From Lingula anatina (taxonomy: Eukaryota > Animalia > Brachiopoda): DNA of 64,000 nucleotides. Each line of letters opens with the position of its first letter. The first letter of the stretch is position 1. The notes beneath the pieces were generated by a model, which saw only the letters and a program-made list of their open reading frames with translations, did no database searches and was not told the origin of the DNA. Of this stretch, positions 50,001-60,982 are shown piece after piece. The stretch is from NCBI GenBank assembly GCA_051362555.1, contig CM120644.1, positions 17,072,534-17,136,533 of the forward strand. Reading direction: 5' to 3'. The translations under genes and the position numbers were made by a program.

Positions 50001-51062
50001 TATATTAGACCAATCAAATCCTTCGCGAGCAAAAGAAATTGACACAGAAAGGGAAGACATGACCCCATTTCATCATTAATATCCTGTGGATGTGGCCGAC
50101 TTCATGTAAAGTTCCAAGAAAAACTGCTATTCAAAAAGAGTCAGACGGAAAACTTAAGCCTTATAAATATCATATAAAACAAGTCTTGGTAATATCATCA
50201 AAGTGCATTGGGAAATGTTGAGGGCAAAAAAAAAAGTGCCTCAGCTAAGTGTGAAAAGTTAACATGCTGCTACAGTCGGAAAACAGTCCCACCACTGAAG
50301 TGAATGTTTTAACATTTAACAATTTGACCAGCAACAAGAGACAGTTTTGTAAATGGGGGGGAGGGGGGGGGGGTTCTTAAATTGTGCAATTCAGTCCAAC
50401 AATGGCAAAATAACTACATTCAAGCAGGGGACAGTACTTTGTTTCAAACTTTGTCAGTATGTTGTTTTGAATTATGTCAGTGCATTGTTGTAAACTGTGT
50501 CAGTACATCGTTTTGAACTTTGTCAGTATGTAGTTTTAACTTTTGTCAGTATGTTGTAGAACAGTTTCATTAGCTATGTTATTATAATAGACTTGTGAAG
50601 ATTCTTTTGTCTATAGCTATTTATATTAGTTTGATCTTACCATCCAATATTTCATCTGCTTGCAGTCAGATTTCATCAGGGAATGATTCCCTCATTCCCT
50701 GATGAAATCTGACTGCAAGCAGATGAAATATTGGATGGTAAGATCAAACTAATATAAATAGCTATAGACAAAAGAATCTTCACAAGTCTGTCAGTATGTT
50801 GTTTTGAATCATGTCAGTACATTGTTTTCTATTTTGTCAGTATTTAGTTTTAACTTTTGTCAGTATGTTGTTTTGAATCATGTCAGTACCTTGTTTTAAA
50901 CTTTGTCAATATGTTGTTTTGAACTATGCCAGTACGTTGTTTTGAACTTTGTCAATATGTTGTTTTGAATTTTGTCAGTCCCAATGACAGGTACCATCAC
51001 CAAAATCCCCCATCCATAAAATACCCCAATTACTTACAATCATCATATATCTTCCTATTCAT
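12663..51062 (-). CDS. HDAC4: Class IIa histone deacetylase (HDAC4-like), 23 coding exons, ~1079 aa
   Basis: Motifs [19 protein letters not shown] (MEF2 binding), [86 protein letters not shown] and C-terminal EPMEES. All exon phases are consistent. Confidence 0.95.
13051..13192 (-). CDS. HDAC4: HDAC4 exon (ARYWP...[14 protein letters not shown]; NES region)
   Basis: tacag/gtaaga boundaries; matches the vertebrate EENETVTAMASLS motif. Confidence 0.93.
13617..13701 (-). CDS. HDAC4: HDAC4 exon (VRPLSEEE...ISYQ)
   Basis: tctag/gtgggt boundaries; phase 0-1. Confidence 0.9.
13944..14077 (-). CDS. HDAC4: HDAC4 exon (CFGHMT...[15 protein letters not shown]...GDE)
   Basis: tttag/gtaatt boundaries. 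Confidence 0.96.
14268..14386 (-). CDS. HDAC4: HDAC4 exon (RTVVMP...[17 protein letters not shown])
   Basis: Zn-binding Asp; tgcag/gtaagt boundaries. Confidence 0.96.
14707..14924 (-). CDS. HDAC4: HDAC4 exon (DVHHGNGTQ...YMMAF)
   Basis: Zn-binding DxH; cacag/gtgaga boundaries. Confidence 0.97.
15167..15254 (-). CDS. HDAC4: HDAC4 exon (GFCFFNSVA...ILIVDW)
   Basis: ttcag/gtgagt boundaries. Confidence 0.96.
15422..15477 (-). CDS. HDAC4: HDAC4 exon ([14 protein letters not shown])
   Basis: Catalytic HH dyad; ttcag/gtgagt boundaries. Confidence 0.96.
15672..15944 (-). CDS. HDAC4: HDAC4 exon (KVKARKAS...[12 protein letters not shown]...GELK)
   Basis: ttcag/gtatgg boundaries; 273 nt. Confidence 0.96.
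16314..16447 (-). CDS. HDAC4: HDAC4 exon, start of the deacetylase domain ([16 protein letters not shown]...[12 protein letters not shown])
   Basis: tccag/gtgagg boundaries; structural Zn ligands CxC...H. Confidence 0.96.
16431..16670. repeat. ~55-62-bp degenerate tandem repeat spanning an HDAC4 splice acceptor (4 copies)
   Basis: tcataggctattcctggagaa...aaatg(a/c)at...gactgggaat units at ~16431, ~16491, ~16553 and ~16608. Confidence 0.85.
17003..17453 (-). CDS. HDAC4: HDAC4 exon (HIRQQVLQR...[12 protein letters not shown]...FTT)
   Basis: 451 nt; tccag/gtaagg boundaries; third 14-3-3 site. Confidence 0.93.
17560..17735. repeat. 42-43-bp tandem repeat spanning an HDAC4 splice donor (~4 copies)
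   Basis: tttcatgaccacccacctgtttgagat(c/t)gtaaga units. Confidence 0.9.
17702..17837 (-). CDS. HDAC4: HDAC4 exon ([14 protein letters not shown]...NLKQ; 14-3-3 site)
   Basis: tgcag/gtgggt boundaries; [13 protein letters not shown] is conserved with vertebrate HDAC4. Confidence 0.93.
18089..18266 (-). CDS. HDAC4: HDAC4 exon (GVDPEST...ARLH)
   Basis: tctag/gtaatt boundaries; phase 1-2. Confidence 0.9.
18458..18587 (-). CDS. HDAC4: HDAC4 exon ([17 protein letters not shown]...PGVM)
   Basis: polyT-cag acceptor, gtatgt donor; phase 0-1. Confidence 0.88.
18900..19059. mobile_element. hAT-like MITE, same family as 1378-1546
   Basis: caggggtggatt...gatccatccctg ends; shares the cttctgggtcttc...gaagac core. 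Confidence 0.65.
19142..19282 (-). CDS. HDAC4: HDAC4 exon (GSSPAEL...[15 protein letters not shown])
   Basis: accag/gtaagt boundaries; conserved LYxSPSxPNIxLG. Confidence 0.93.
26508..26620 (-). CDS. HDAC4: HDAC4 exon ([18 protein letters not shown]...TRE)
   Basis: ttcag/gtaag boundaries; SGPNSP motif; phase 1-0. Confidence 0.9.
27115..27240 (-). CDS. HDAC4: HDAC4 exon (ASEPNLK...ERRSSPL; 14-3-3 site and NLS)
   Basis: ttcag/gtgagg boundaries; conserved class IIa motif. Confidence 0.95.
27601..27713 (-). CDS. HDAC4: HDAC4 exon ([12 protein letters not shown]...LRRT)
   Basis: tccag/gtagga boundaries; conserved [10 protein letters not shown]. Confidence 0.93.
28977..29076. repeat. (CT)n-(CA)n compound microsatellite
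   Basis: Directly visible. Similar tracts at 10495-10522, 13875-13935, 24778-24842, 55795-55880 and 57328-57431; (ATT)n/(AAT)n tracts at 2850, 41442 and 46964. Confidence 0.95.
29089..29197 (-). CDS. HDAC4: HDAC4 exon, MEF2-binding motif
   Basis: [20 protein letters not shown]; tacag/gtcagt boundaries. Confidence 0.95.
29669..29804 (-). CDS. HDAC4: HDAC4 exon ([10 protein letters not shown]...SLEQQ)
   Basis: ttccag/gtaag boundaries; homologous to the HDAC4 Gln-rich region. Confidence 0.92.
30221..30478. mobile_element. Foldback MITE, PIF/Harbinger-like family copy
   Basis: gatcgatcta..ttcgctaa / ttagcgagaaacccc..gatcctgtta inverted arms, shared with 40216, 52768, 54437 and 54657. Confidence 0.65.
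30505..30719 (-). CDS. HDAC4: HDAC4 exon, Gln-rich N-terminal helix (DITVNSP...EEHLK)
   Basis: Acceptor ttttcag; donor AAA|gttcgg or in-frame CGG|gtaggt at 30499. Confidence 0.88.
35845..38349 (-). mobile_element. Helentron/DINE-1-like HINE carrying a satellite array
   Basis: SubTIRs TATTGTACCACCAGC (~35879) and GCTGGTGGTACAATA (~38334); hairpin gtaccgccagcg..gctggtggtac; 9-bp (ggagccgca)n repeat at 38242-38285; hairpin gaggcg-atac-cgcctc and a CTAG end at 35846-35849. Confidence 0.82.
36040..37340. repeat. 146-bp satellite, ~9 copies
   Basis: g(t/a)aggtcaaaggtca at 36061, 36205, 36351, 36497, 36643, 36789, 36935, 37081 and 37227. Confidence 0.97.
38893..39229. mobile_element. TTAA-flanked MITE (Kolobok-like), inverted relative to 60983-61321
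   Basis: TTAA flanks, ataataactctt/aagagttattat TIRs, internal palindrome gttaaaatctcttaagagattttaac. Confidence 0.8.
40216..40395. mobile_element. Foldback MITE fragment (Harbinger-like family)
   Basis: ccccatttccatagattttagatcgatctatcc; close reverse-complement similarity to 54480-54650. Confidence 0.65.
40461..40605. mobile_element. Small foldback element
   Basis: cgctgatggtctcctcgcctccacac ... gtgtggagacgaggagaccatcagcg inverted arms. Confidence 0.6.
45394..45624 (+). mobile_element. Short non-autonomous Helitron/Helentron-like element
   Basis: 5' tcaccgccaaggaggttatgttttcacc with a gtct microsatellite; 3' subTIR ccttggtgga, hairpin gcgctc-tcg-gagtgc and a CTAGT end. Confidence 0.75.
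46826..46885 (-). CDS. HDAC4: HDAC4 exon ([20 protein letters not shown]), symmetric phase 1-1
   Basis: 60-nt open frame between acceptor ccttttcatatcttcag and donor AAG|gtaagg. Confidence 0.7.
50437..50978. repeat. Degenerate minisatellite (~23-bp core tgtcagtatgttgttttgaactt) interrupted by a palindrome
   Basis: Units visible at 50437-50560 and 50789-50978. Confidence 0.9.
50589..50789. repeat. Perfect inverted repeat, 98-bp arms with a 5-nt spacer
   Basis: 50589-50686 is the reverse complement of 50692-50789; loop ttccc. Confidence 0.95.
51038..51062 (-). CDS. HDAC4: HDAC4 putative first coding segment (MNRKIYDD) in exon 51038-51221
   Basis: Acceptor tttcttttcag at 51222, Kozak-like CACCATG, and donor T|gtaagt in phase 1, matching the next exons. 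Confidence 0.65.
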
Positions 51063-51502
51063 GGTGAAAGGGTTCACAAGGGTACGCTGTCACAATAGGA
51101 TACTAGCTTCCTCTGCCTTATCCTACAGGTCAAGGTCATGCTGTATGTGACCTCTGACCTCTACGACACCATTCTCAATGACAACAATGGTGGAAGTCAA
51201 TGTCCCTGCAGTTCCAAGGATCTGAAAAGAAAGCAGACATTTTTATAATAAACCTATTGAAGCAGAAATTTCAATAATAAACTTGTCAGATGGAACATTT
51301 GTAGGAAACTGGATATACAGAAATTTTTTTCAACAAAATCTGGATAGCTCCTGACATAAAAATACTAAAAGAATATTAAAATCATACTGTTTTGATGAAT
51401 AAATGAAATACTAATGTTAAGACCTGATTTTACTTACAGAAAAATAGGCGAACTTTCACCAGGACTACAACATTTTGTATGCATTTTAAATTCTCATGTA
51501 CA

Positions 51503-51536
<34 letters not shown>

Positions 51537-52767
51537 GGGACGTGATGAAGCCATTTGATGATGTTCTTTAGATTAATTTTGTTTTAAGTTAAATCAGTTG
51601 TGAACGCATCACATAAGAGAAGCTGTCCCTCTGGCAAATGTAAAATTGTAACCAAGCTCATAAATGCCAGGTAACTTTTGGAAAAATGTTTGGTAATTGT
51701 TTGCACTGGGTTTCCAATATTTATTCGGCGTGTATATTTTTAACCCCTATTCAAATCCCCGATGTGAGACAGATGGAATTAAAGTGGAATTTATTACTGG
51801 ATGTAATTCTCAGCCACATGTAGACCTTTAGTTTCTTGTTCTGACGGTATTGTTTAAACAGGTGAAAAAAATGTTTCGATAAAAAAATATTAACTTTGTT
51901 TAGCCTGAATGTTTCAATTTATTTGCTTTCTCTCCCACCCCTTCCTTTTTTTTACTTTTAGATGTATTGTTTCTTTATATTAACAATAAAACTGTGACAA
52001 TTAATCTACATTTATGCATAATTTTATGGGCAAGATTACCGGGCTTGATTCCAGAATTTCCGATTCTGTTCACTGATGAGACGACAGAGTCACTTGTTCT
52101 ACAGGCACACGCACGCACACAAACACACACACACACACACACTCAGGGAAAAAAACAGCTTCACCACCTATCACTCAATGCCAGCATTAGTATAAATAGA
52201 CAAAATTCTAAGAAAGATGAAGTCACAAGATGGTACATAAAAACAGCTTCGATGCCTTTCATTTGCATCATATTTTCATGAGTACAAACACAACTTTTTA
52301 ATTTCTGTATAAAATTATTCATGGACAAACTGTTATCTTTCTAGGAAAGACAAAAACCCCAGCTGGTACTTAACAAACAGATCATAAGGAACTGCTTATA
52401 GCTAAATTATTTTCTCCCCTGAAATTGTCCAACTTTCCAAGAAGGACAAAATCACAGATGGACGCAATAATGTTAGTGACCATGTTTCATTTAGTACATC
52501 AATTACACAAAGACATGCTGATTCTCAATAAAAACAACACTAATGTTCCTAAAAACTGACTTACATCATGGATCATTTCCTTCAATTCAAAACACACATC
52601 ATGTTTGTACAAAATTATTCAATGTTCCAAGAAGATCGAAATGTCAGGTTAGGCTACTGAAGCTCTTAATGTTTCAACAATTCCAGACCTGCGATATCCC
52701 ATTTTGATATTTTCGCAAGTGTAACTAACTGTAATTGACAACCCAGGGTGCCTACTGCCCAAGACTT

Positions 52768-53023
52768 AGACCTCATTCCCATTCCCAAATCAATCTAACA
52801 GGATCGATCCATCTCCAAGGGGTTTCTCGCTAACTATTTTTCACATGAAGCAGCTATTATGTCTGGCACACCCACTGAAGCTGCTAAATGATAGTTAATT
52901 ACCCCCTAACAACTCGAGCAAGCGTGCCAGACAGCAGAGCCGCTAAAGCTGAACGCAACTTAGTGGGAAACCCCTCGGAGATGGGTGGATCCTGTTAGAT
53001 CGATCTAGGTAGGGAATGGGGCA
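52768..53023. mobile_element. Foldback MITE (Harbinger-like family)
   Basis: Long imperfect TIRs (cattccc..aatctaacaggatc / gatcctgttagatc..gggaatg). Confidence 0.7.
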
Positions 53024-54436
53024 TCAGGGCTGGTTACTCAAAAACTGGGGAAGACAAAAGTTTGCCTTTAATTCAAGAAGGAAAACTTTTGATCTGTTTT
53101 GACCCAAGAAAAACCGATAGCATTCCAACATGGGAAAGTAACTATAGGTTTCTACAATAACAAAATGGATTTACTTCATGCCAGAGATTCATAAAAATGG
53201 AACAAAAAAGACTGGAATAAGCAAAGGGTTTGAAACTTGTTGGGATATTGAGTAACATCAGTGCTAGTAGAGTACCTAGACTAACAAGCCATGGACTCAA
53301 ATGAAAAATATGCTAACTGGCAGTTTCTCTATTTCTTTCCTGCATAGATCTTTATTTTTTTAAAACATGCAAGCAAATAAATTAATTAATTAAGAAAAAA
53401 CCTGAACCAATTTTTTTCTAGAGCAGCTTCTGTATTTTTTTCAAGTATAGTGGGAGTATACAATGCCAAGTTCAAATCAGTCTCATCCTTTTACACCTAT
53501 CTAAGCCAAACAGTCTCTGTTCTACACTTATATATAAGCTAAACCTGGTGTGAACAATACTTCCGATTAATTTCCTCTCTTTTTCCTCATTTTATACACA
53601 CCCTTGAACAATTAAACCTCACAGGGCTCTTTTTTAGCTCTTCTGTACGAAATAACATGACTATTTTTATACTAATCTTTGGTAAAGACCGGGATACTGA
53701 TCTAGAATAACAATACTGAAATACAAGGGTTGCATTTGCAGCTATTTTAAGCTTACAGTGTATTATTTTAAGAGTGAAGCCCGAGATGATCTCATGATCG
53801 ACACCCTAGATATGAAACTTCTCGTGCCTTTAACTTCTATATTTGGGTGACAATGTATTGTTTTTTACAGTGTGAAACTGGATAAACCAAAGAAATATCA
53901 ATATTCATAGTCCAGATCATGTTCATTGTAAAGTAAAAAGAAACTGGAGTTTATTTGTATCAGTTATGAAATCAAACAAAACAAAGGCCCTCTTTCACTA
54001 TGATTCCAAGAAATATTTTTTTAATATATTCATAAAATAACATATTTTCTATGAGCAGACATACTACTACTACTTAACACACCATTCCCCATTCTGTTAT
54101 ATACAATTCACAAGTCTTTGTGAACTACTGAGGTGATAAGAAAGGCACTAAATATTTACTGTTGATTATTTACCAGTATTTCTAGAATTTAAAAGCGAGG
54201 ACATTTTTACCACATATCACTAAATATATGCCCATTGTGATCACATGAATAAGTTCAAAGACCCTCTTTATCATTTGTTATTGAATGAACAATATAATCT
54301 TTTCTTTATCAGCAATAAATAATTTTTTTTTTTCATTTATTGCGGTTAGACATTCGCTATATATATTTGCAGTAAATTCATATGGCACAGTCCCTGAATC
54401 CTCCTGGCGGTAACAAGTGTATGTTTTCATATGACT

Positions 54437-54850
54437 TACACCCCATTTCCATAGATTAGATCGACCTACTTTAGATCGACCTAACTCCCTGGGGGTTCAC
54501 GCTAAATAGCTGTCAGCCGGGCGGACACGAAAGTTAATTACCCCCTTAAAGCTTGTGGTAGGCGGGACGGACATTTAAGTCGGATTATCTGAAAGTAATC
54601 TAGTGAGACTCCCCGCGGGGATAGATCGATCTAAAATCTATGGGAATAGAGCCTTAGACTGGGTTCCCGATCTGACTCCCAGAGGATTTTTGCTAAATTT
54701 CATTCAGTTTAGGCGTCTCAAATGTCTGTCCACTGAAGCTCCTAGGGAGGGTAATTAACTTTCGTGCACTCTTAAACGGAATGCAATTTAGCGAGAATCC
54801 CCTTGGAGATAGATCGATCCTGTTAGTACGATAGGGTTATGGGACTGGTC
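54437..54850. mobile_element. Two adjacent foldback MITEs (Harbinger-like family)
   Basis: The first copy (54437-54656) is flanked by tta trinucleotides; the second (54657-54850) shares the ttagcgag..gatcgatcc motifs. Confidence 0.7.
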
Positions 54851-55794
54851 CCATAGCCTTGAGACATGGTGAAGCAGACCTCTCGCAGCACGTTTACTTT
54901 AGTTTATGCCAGTTTCCTCAACTTTGTGCAGATAAACATGGTCCAGTTGCTAGGTAACTGATACTAAATAACCAGGTGGTAATTGGAGTACAAATAGTGA
55001 GCCTTTCTATATCAATCATATATTGATTTTTTTTTTAAATTGTATTTGCCTGCCACGATATTACATAATCAATTAATATATCAAGACTTCCCTGGAAGTA
55101 GAATCACAAGGAACTTGTTAATACTGATTCTTTTGTATATTCACCATAAGGCAGACAACTTAAGTTTAAAAAAAAAAAAAAACTTTCCTTGCTGCACAAC
55201 CATCAACAGAAACCCTAAAAAAGCAAAAATCACCATTGCTGTCCTCTTCTCTCAGCTTCACCATAAATGCACCTCATGTTTCCACAATTTTGCACTGAAA
55301 TGTGACCATTAAGCTGTTATCGCTATCATCTGCCCAGCCAAATGATGTCTTAAGCACAGGCCTGGTTTGTTTAGATGCACGCAAGGACCAGAGACTTGAC
55401 TGTAAAGGTCACAGTAATGTAAGCACATGCAAAGTCATGTCTTTTCCCTAATGAAAATTACGGACGCACGGGTAACTGCAGAACTGCTAACATTCTCCGT
55501 TTCCTTCCTTGTTGTATCATGCGTTCATCTTCCATCTCCTCTCATTACTTCTTTCTGCTCTTGTTTAACACACAGATGCATATGCAATTCACACATACAC
55601 TCTCACTCTTACAACATTAATTTACACAACAAAATGTTGTTTTTGTTGTTCCTGTAAAGATAAAGCATTTGTTAAAATCATATTCAGCTGACATATAAAA
55701 TCTTCACCAGTCAGTTGCTCTGGCAAAATTATCAATTATAATGCCAATAGTAACATTTTAGTTAACTCCCAGTAGTAAATATGGTATCAGTGAA

Positions 55795-55853
<59 letters not shown>

Positions 55854-57325
55854 ACACAAACACAAGAACACACACACACACTGATCTTTTTGACTATGAC
55901 CAAAACTAATTACCCATGCTTTTGATCTAGTGCCTCCACTATCTTGGCCTTATTTGTTTTCAATGTTTGACCTGGTATTTCACTGGCATGATTTATTTTT
56001 GCTATTTGCATTTTCATTCACAGTTCATTACGTATGTCTTTAATGACCCTTGGTATCCAAACAATCTTGTAAAACTATGCAAATACTCCTGATTTGCAAA
56101 GACAAAGGCAAATTTGCATTTCAGATTAATTTCATTAACAGAATCAATTAAGTGAGTATGTGTGCTCGAGCACATGTACATGCGTGTGATTGTGTGAGTG
56201 CGTACATGCATGCCTTCATGTGTTTTACGGAATACCTACTAAAATTTTTATGTTTTCTCCAAAAATGACTTTTCTCACTATATCATTAATGCCCATATAT
56301 AGAGGCCATCAGTCCTTGCCTGCGATTACAGGACATTTCATTAATAAACATTATGGCACAGTAACCCAATAATTGTGTATATAAATATATCTACCATGAT
56401 GTAAATCAAAATTAATTTTTAATCATATGAAGGCTAAATATTACAACATCAGCTTTTTCTGTCTTTTTTTACAAAGATTGATGATGCATTGACTGACAGC
56501 TAAAGCCCAAGATAACCAACTCAGTCATATAATAGAGGTTTATATATATTCCCTAATTGATAAATACCAACATTCAGAATTCAGCATGACAGATACAAAA
56601 TATATCTTTCAGGAGATGGGGACCTGAGTTACACCACTTGACAGTATATTTGTATCTATTATTATAGCATTGCGAAAAGGTGTTGTATATAAGAGGGTAA
56701 AATCCAAGAAAAAATTGGCACTTTTAGTATGAATAACATTTCCAAATGTTTGCAGATGACATTTTTAAATACTACTGGAGAAGGCAGTAGAGAGTGACAT
56801 TTTATTTATTAATCAACACCCCCTTTTAGATCTTAACTAAAGAATGTTTGAATCTTTCTAAAAAGTACCCAATTTTCCCCCCGCACAAAACATTGGCACA
56901 ATAATATACTAATAATATTGGTTTATATATATATTAGATTTTGCTAAGTAGTGGGGTTTCGCTACTTAAACCATTTCACTATAACATGAAAAGCAATGGT
57001 ATGGAAATTTGTTCAGTTTTGTCTCCTTTCAGTTTTGAACATATCAAACAGTCTTATGTTTCTGTTGTGCCTGAAGCTCATTAATTTTCAAATTAAAACT
57101 CCCCTTTAGAACAATCTACTTCTTTAAAATGTCACTGTGTTCCATGGATAACCTTGACCTTGGCAATATCTGTGGGTATACACCACCCATAGAGTGGGTT
57201 GCAGCAAACATAAGTCTCATACTTGTACGTATGTTAAATATTTGCCTATACTCACAAAATATGCTAGTAATGAAATTAGCTATAATGAATAGCGAATGAC
57301 TCAATAATATCTACTTTGAGAAATA

Positions 57326-57368
<43 letters not shown>

Positions 57369-57371
57369 TAC

Positions 57372-57434
<63 letters not shown>

Positions 57435-58160
57435 AAGCCAAACATATAACACAGACACAACCAGACAACACATCCCTTCAGCACATAAGAACTGACAATA
57501 AACATCAGAGCTATGCTTCCCATTTGGGGCTAATTTCTGCAAATGCAGTGCTTCCCTAACCAAAATAAACCCCTCTCCCAAACCTGCACATTTAATACAG
57601 ACTACCCAGAAATAGCTTATTCTGTTCTGATTAGAATTAACATGGACCAAGTAGAAATCTCTATTTTAAGCTGACTGGACAAGTTTATATTTTGTCTGTT
57701 AAATATTTAATAAATGCTCCATTTCTTTTTATTATTATTATTATTATTTTTAAACTTATTCAATTTTATTTTACTCATTATTATTTTTAGTATTCATAGC
57801 CCAACACAGCATAACATTGCTTCAGCACTATATAAATATACGCATACATAAATCAAAACAAAAATTATCTCAACATAAAATTTTATGTAAGATTTGCAGT
57901 CAAAAATATATCCAATATACAACCCGAGTGATATCCCCCATGCCAAATCAACCCTCCGTATAATCAACATATATGAACTTGTGCCACAGGTTGGCTGGGT
58001 CTATTAATAGATGGCCTCCTTTTTATTTTCCTCTATTAGCTCAGATATAAATCAAGAAATGCAGCTTAATATTCTGCTGTTACTGCTGCGCTACATATGT
58101 CGAATGCAGGGATAGGCGCGTATACACAAGGCCAAAATATAAAGCCATTCTGATACAAAG

Positions 58161-58328
58161 CAGGCCCGTAGCCAGCAATTTCAAAAGGGGGGTTCTGTTT
58201 CTAAAATAGTGGACCTTTTTCCATAAAAACTTCATGAACCTACATCAAATTTCACCCAGAGTGGACCTTTTCCCACCAAAAGGGGCGGTTCTTTCGAACC
58301 CCCCGAACCCCCCCTGGCTACGGGCCTG
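58161..58328. mobile_element. MITE with CAGGCCCGTAGCCAG TIRs
   Basis: Perfect 15-bp TIRs flanked by a caaag direct repeat. Confidence 0.8.
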
Positions 58329-60982
58329 CAAAGCACCATAAATAATCACAATCGTGAGTTCCACATAATTCACCCAAGTGATTCTATCCAGAGTAGACTT
58401 CTGTGGTATGAAACTGCTACTGATTCTTGCCTGGTTATTATAACCTTTTATAAAATGTATCGTAATCACCAGAATTTATTTGACTTCAGCCACTGTAAGC
58501 AGACTTGGGAGTAGCTATATAAATAATGCACCTGTGAGTTTCCACAAATAACAAAGGTATATTTCTGTTTCACTAATATATTATCTTTATTTTGGTAATG
58601 TTTGGATTGGAATGCACCCTCAGCTGTCTCTGCTTAGTCTATTTACATACATTGATATTTACATTAACATAACTTTATAAACGGAATGAATCTCTAGCTA
58701 AATAGAATACAATCTTTGAAATGCCTTTATGCACTGAGTTCTGACTGTAGCCTATAATGAATATATTATTACGGTAACAGTTACTGCAAGTAATTTTCAA
58801 TAGTTGTACATATCTATTCACAGAGACACAAGTCCTTGTATCTTGAGAAGTAACACGTTACATCTGTATCTGTTGCTTGCAAATGAAATGTTTACAAGTA
58901 GCTGCTCACAACTCGTTGATGCAAATGATCCCTCTGCAACTAAAACTTCATCAACTTCACCTCACTTTTTTTATCCACGAACAACAGGCAAAACACACAA
59001 ATGCACGTTCACAAACACACATGTACAGAAACGCATGCACACACGAAACAAACACATAAGGCACATGGTTTACACAAACGTCCTCGTACACTCACACAAA
59101 CACGATATCATACACAAGTACACAGACACATAAACACTGATGTGCATTCCATAATTTCACCTCCAGTGTCATAACAGTAACCCATGACTCAACTTAAATA
59201 CGCAAACTCACCACTAAAAAGGCCAATGAACTTATGTTACGTTTCTACATAATTTTCCTTATTCAATGGAGCTGTCACTATCTCTCTCCATCTGTGCGTC
59301 TTTATGTGTCACCATTTTGAAAAGAACAATAAGATCCCATGATCTATACGCATATATGCACTTTATCATCTTGTAACTCTTGCAACTTCTATATATATCA
59401 AATGTGATTTAAATATCCTAAGGAAAGCCTACCAGACCATTATAGCATGAACTAACTACAAGACTTATTCATCTTTGTGATTCACATGTCTTCAATCTAA
59501 ATCTAAAAGGCTCTACATACAGCAAAACAACAATTACAACTTGCTACTAATACAGCAACCTCAACACTTCCAATGCAGAGAGGGAGGGAAAGAAAAACAA
59601 AACTAATCACCTCATCTGAATTATGCCACACTTACCTGCTTCTTCAGTTGCTAACGTCCAAAAAAAAAAAAAAAAATCACAAGGAAAAATCAATTCTACT
59701 CCGGTGAAAAGGAAGAAAATCTCTCAGTAACTCTCCACAATTGGAGTAATGGAGGAGAGATCTACTGCAGCACATAATACATTAGAAATGGCAACCCGAC
59801 AGCTTACATATTTAAACACTGACCTTTCTGTGTGGCTATTAATAGACAACCACAGGAAAAGTCCAATGGGGGAAAATGAAAACATTTAGGGAGGAACAGG
59901 TTGTCGTGCATTGATTTTCATTGCATGAAGCAGTCACGATCTCCTTGCATAATTTTTTTTCTCTTTCTCAGGAACTGGGCACACCTTGTATGGTTTATTT
60001 AGTAACACTAATGGCTGAAAGAAGTCTTATGTTTTTACATTCTTTCGGTTTGTTAGATGAATTCTTAATTTGCATATCGATTATTCATTCAGCTATAAAT
60101 CAATTACTTCATCTTTTCATTCAATTTATCACTCTGTTCATTAATCAATTTATTCATCTATTTATACATTCCTTCCTTTACTTCTGTATGAATTTTTTTT
60201 AGTCTAATAGCATCTATATTCAACTACTATTTACCATCAGTCAATACCATTTAGTCATTCATTAAAAAATCAATTATTGCAGTCGTCTTTTTAGTCATTC
60301 ATTGAAAAACCAATTAATGCAGTCGTTTTGTTAGTCACCCTTTCCCTTCATGTATTCTTTCATCCATCAATCGCATTTTCTCACCTCATTTAAAAGAGCT
60401 TTATCAAAATTGTTAAAATAGGTTACCACTAGAGAATTCCAGAATTTGCATAGACATTTTGTGGTAAATAAAAGTAATTTATTTTCAACAGGCATGGCTG
60501 AACTTGAACTTGGGTTACTTGAGTTGTTAACATCCAGGAGAAAAAACTACAAATTATCTCAACGATCAGTTATTCAGCAGGAAGAACCCGTCTACCTTAT
60601 CGTAAATAATGCAAGTCAATTTGATCACAAGATTGTTTGCATCATTTTGATTCTACACAGCTCTTATCCAGTCTAACTGTGAGAATCTAAAAATAAACTC
60701 TCTAGATTACAGATCAGAGAGTTGGCACTGTTTTGCACAAGCCAGATAAAAACATATATCCAGCAGGAAAGCACTGTGTAATTCAAGATTTTCTTTAAAA
60801 AATACCAATAATCTCAAAGTCTAATATCATTCTCCTAACCCACAAGAGCTGGGAAACAAAACAAATCAACATATGATAAAAGTGAAAGGCATGTTTACAT
60901 TTAAGTTGTGGTTACATTACTTAGACGACTTTCTCATAAAGCCATCATACTAGATAACAAGGGGGTAATTAACTATTGTTAA

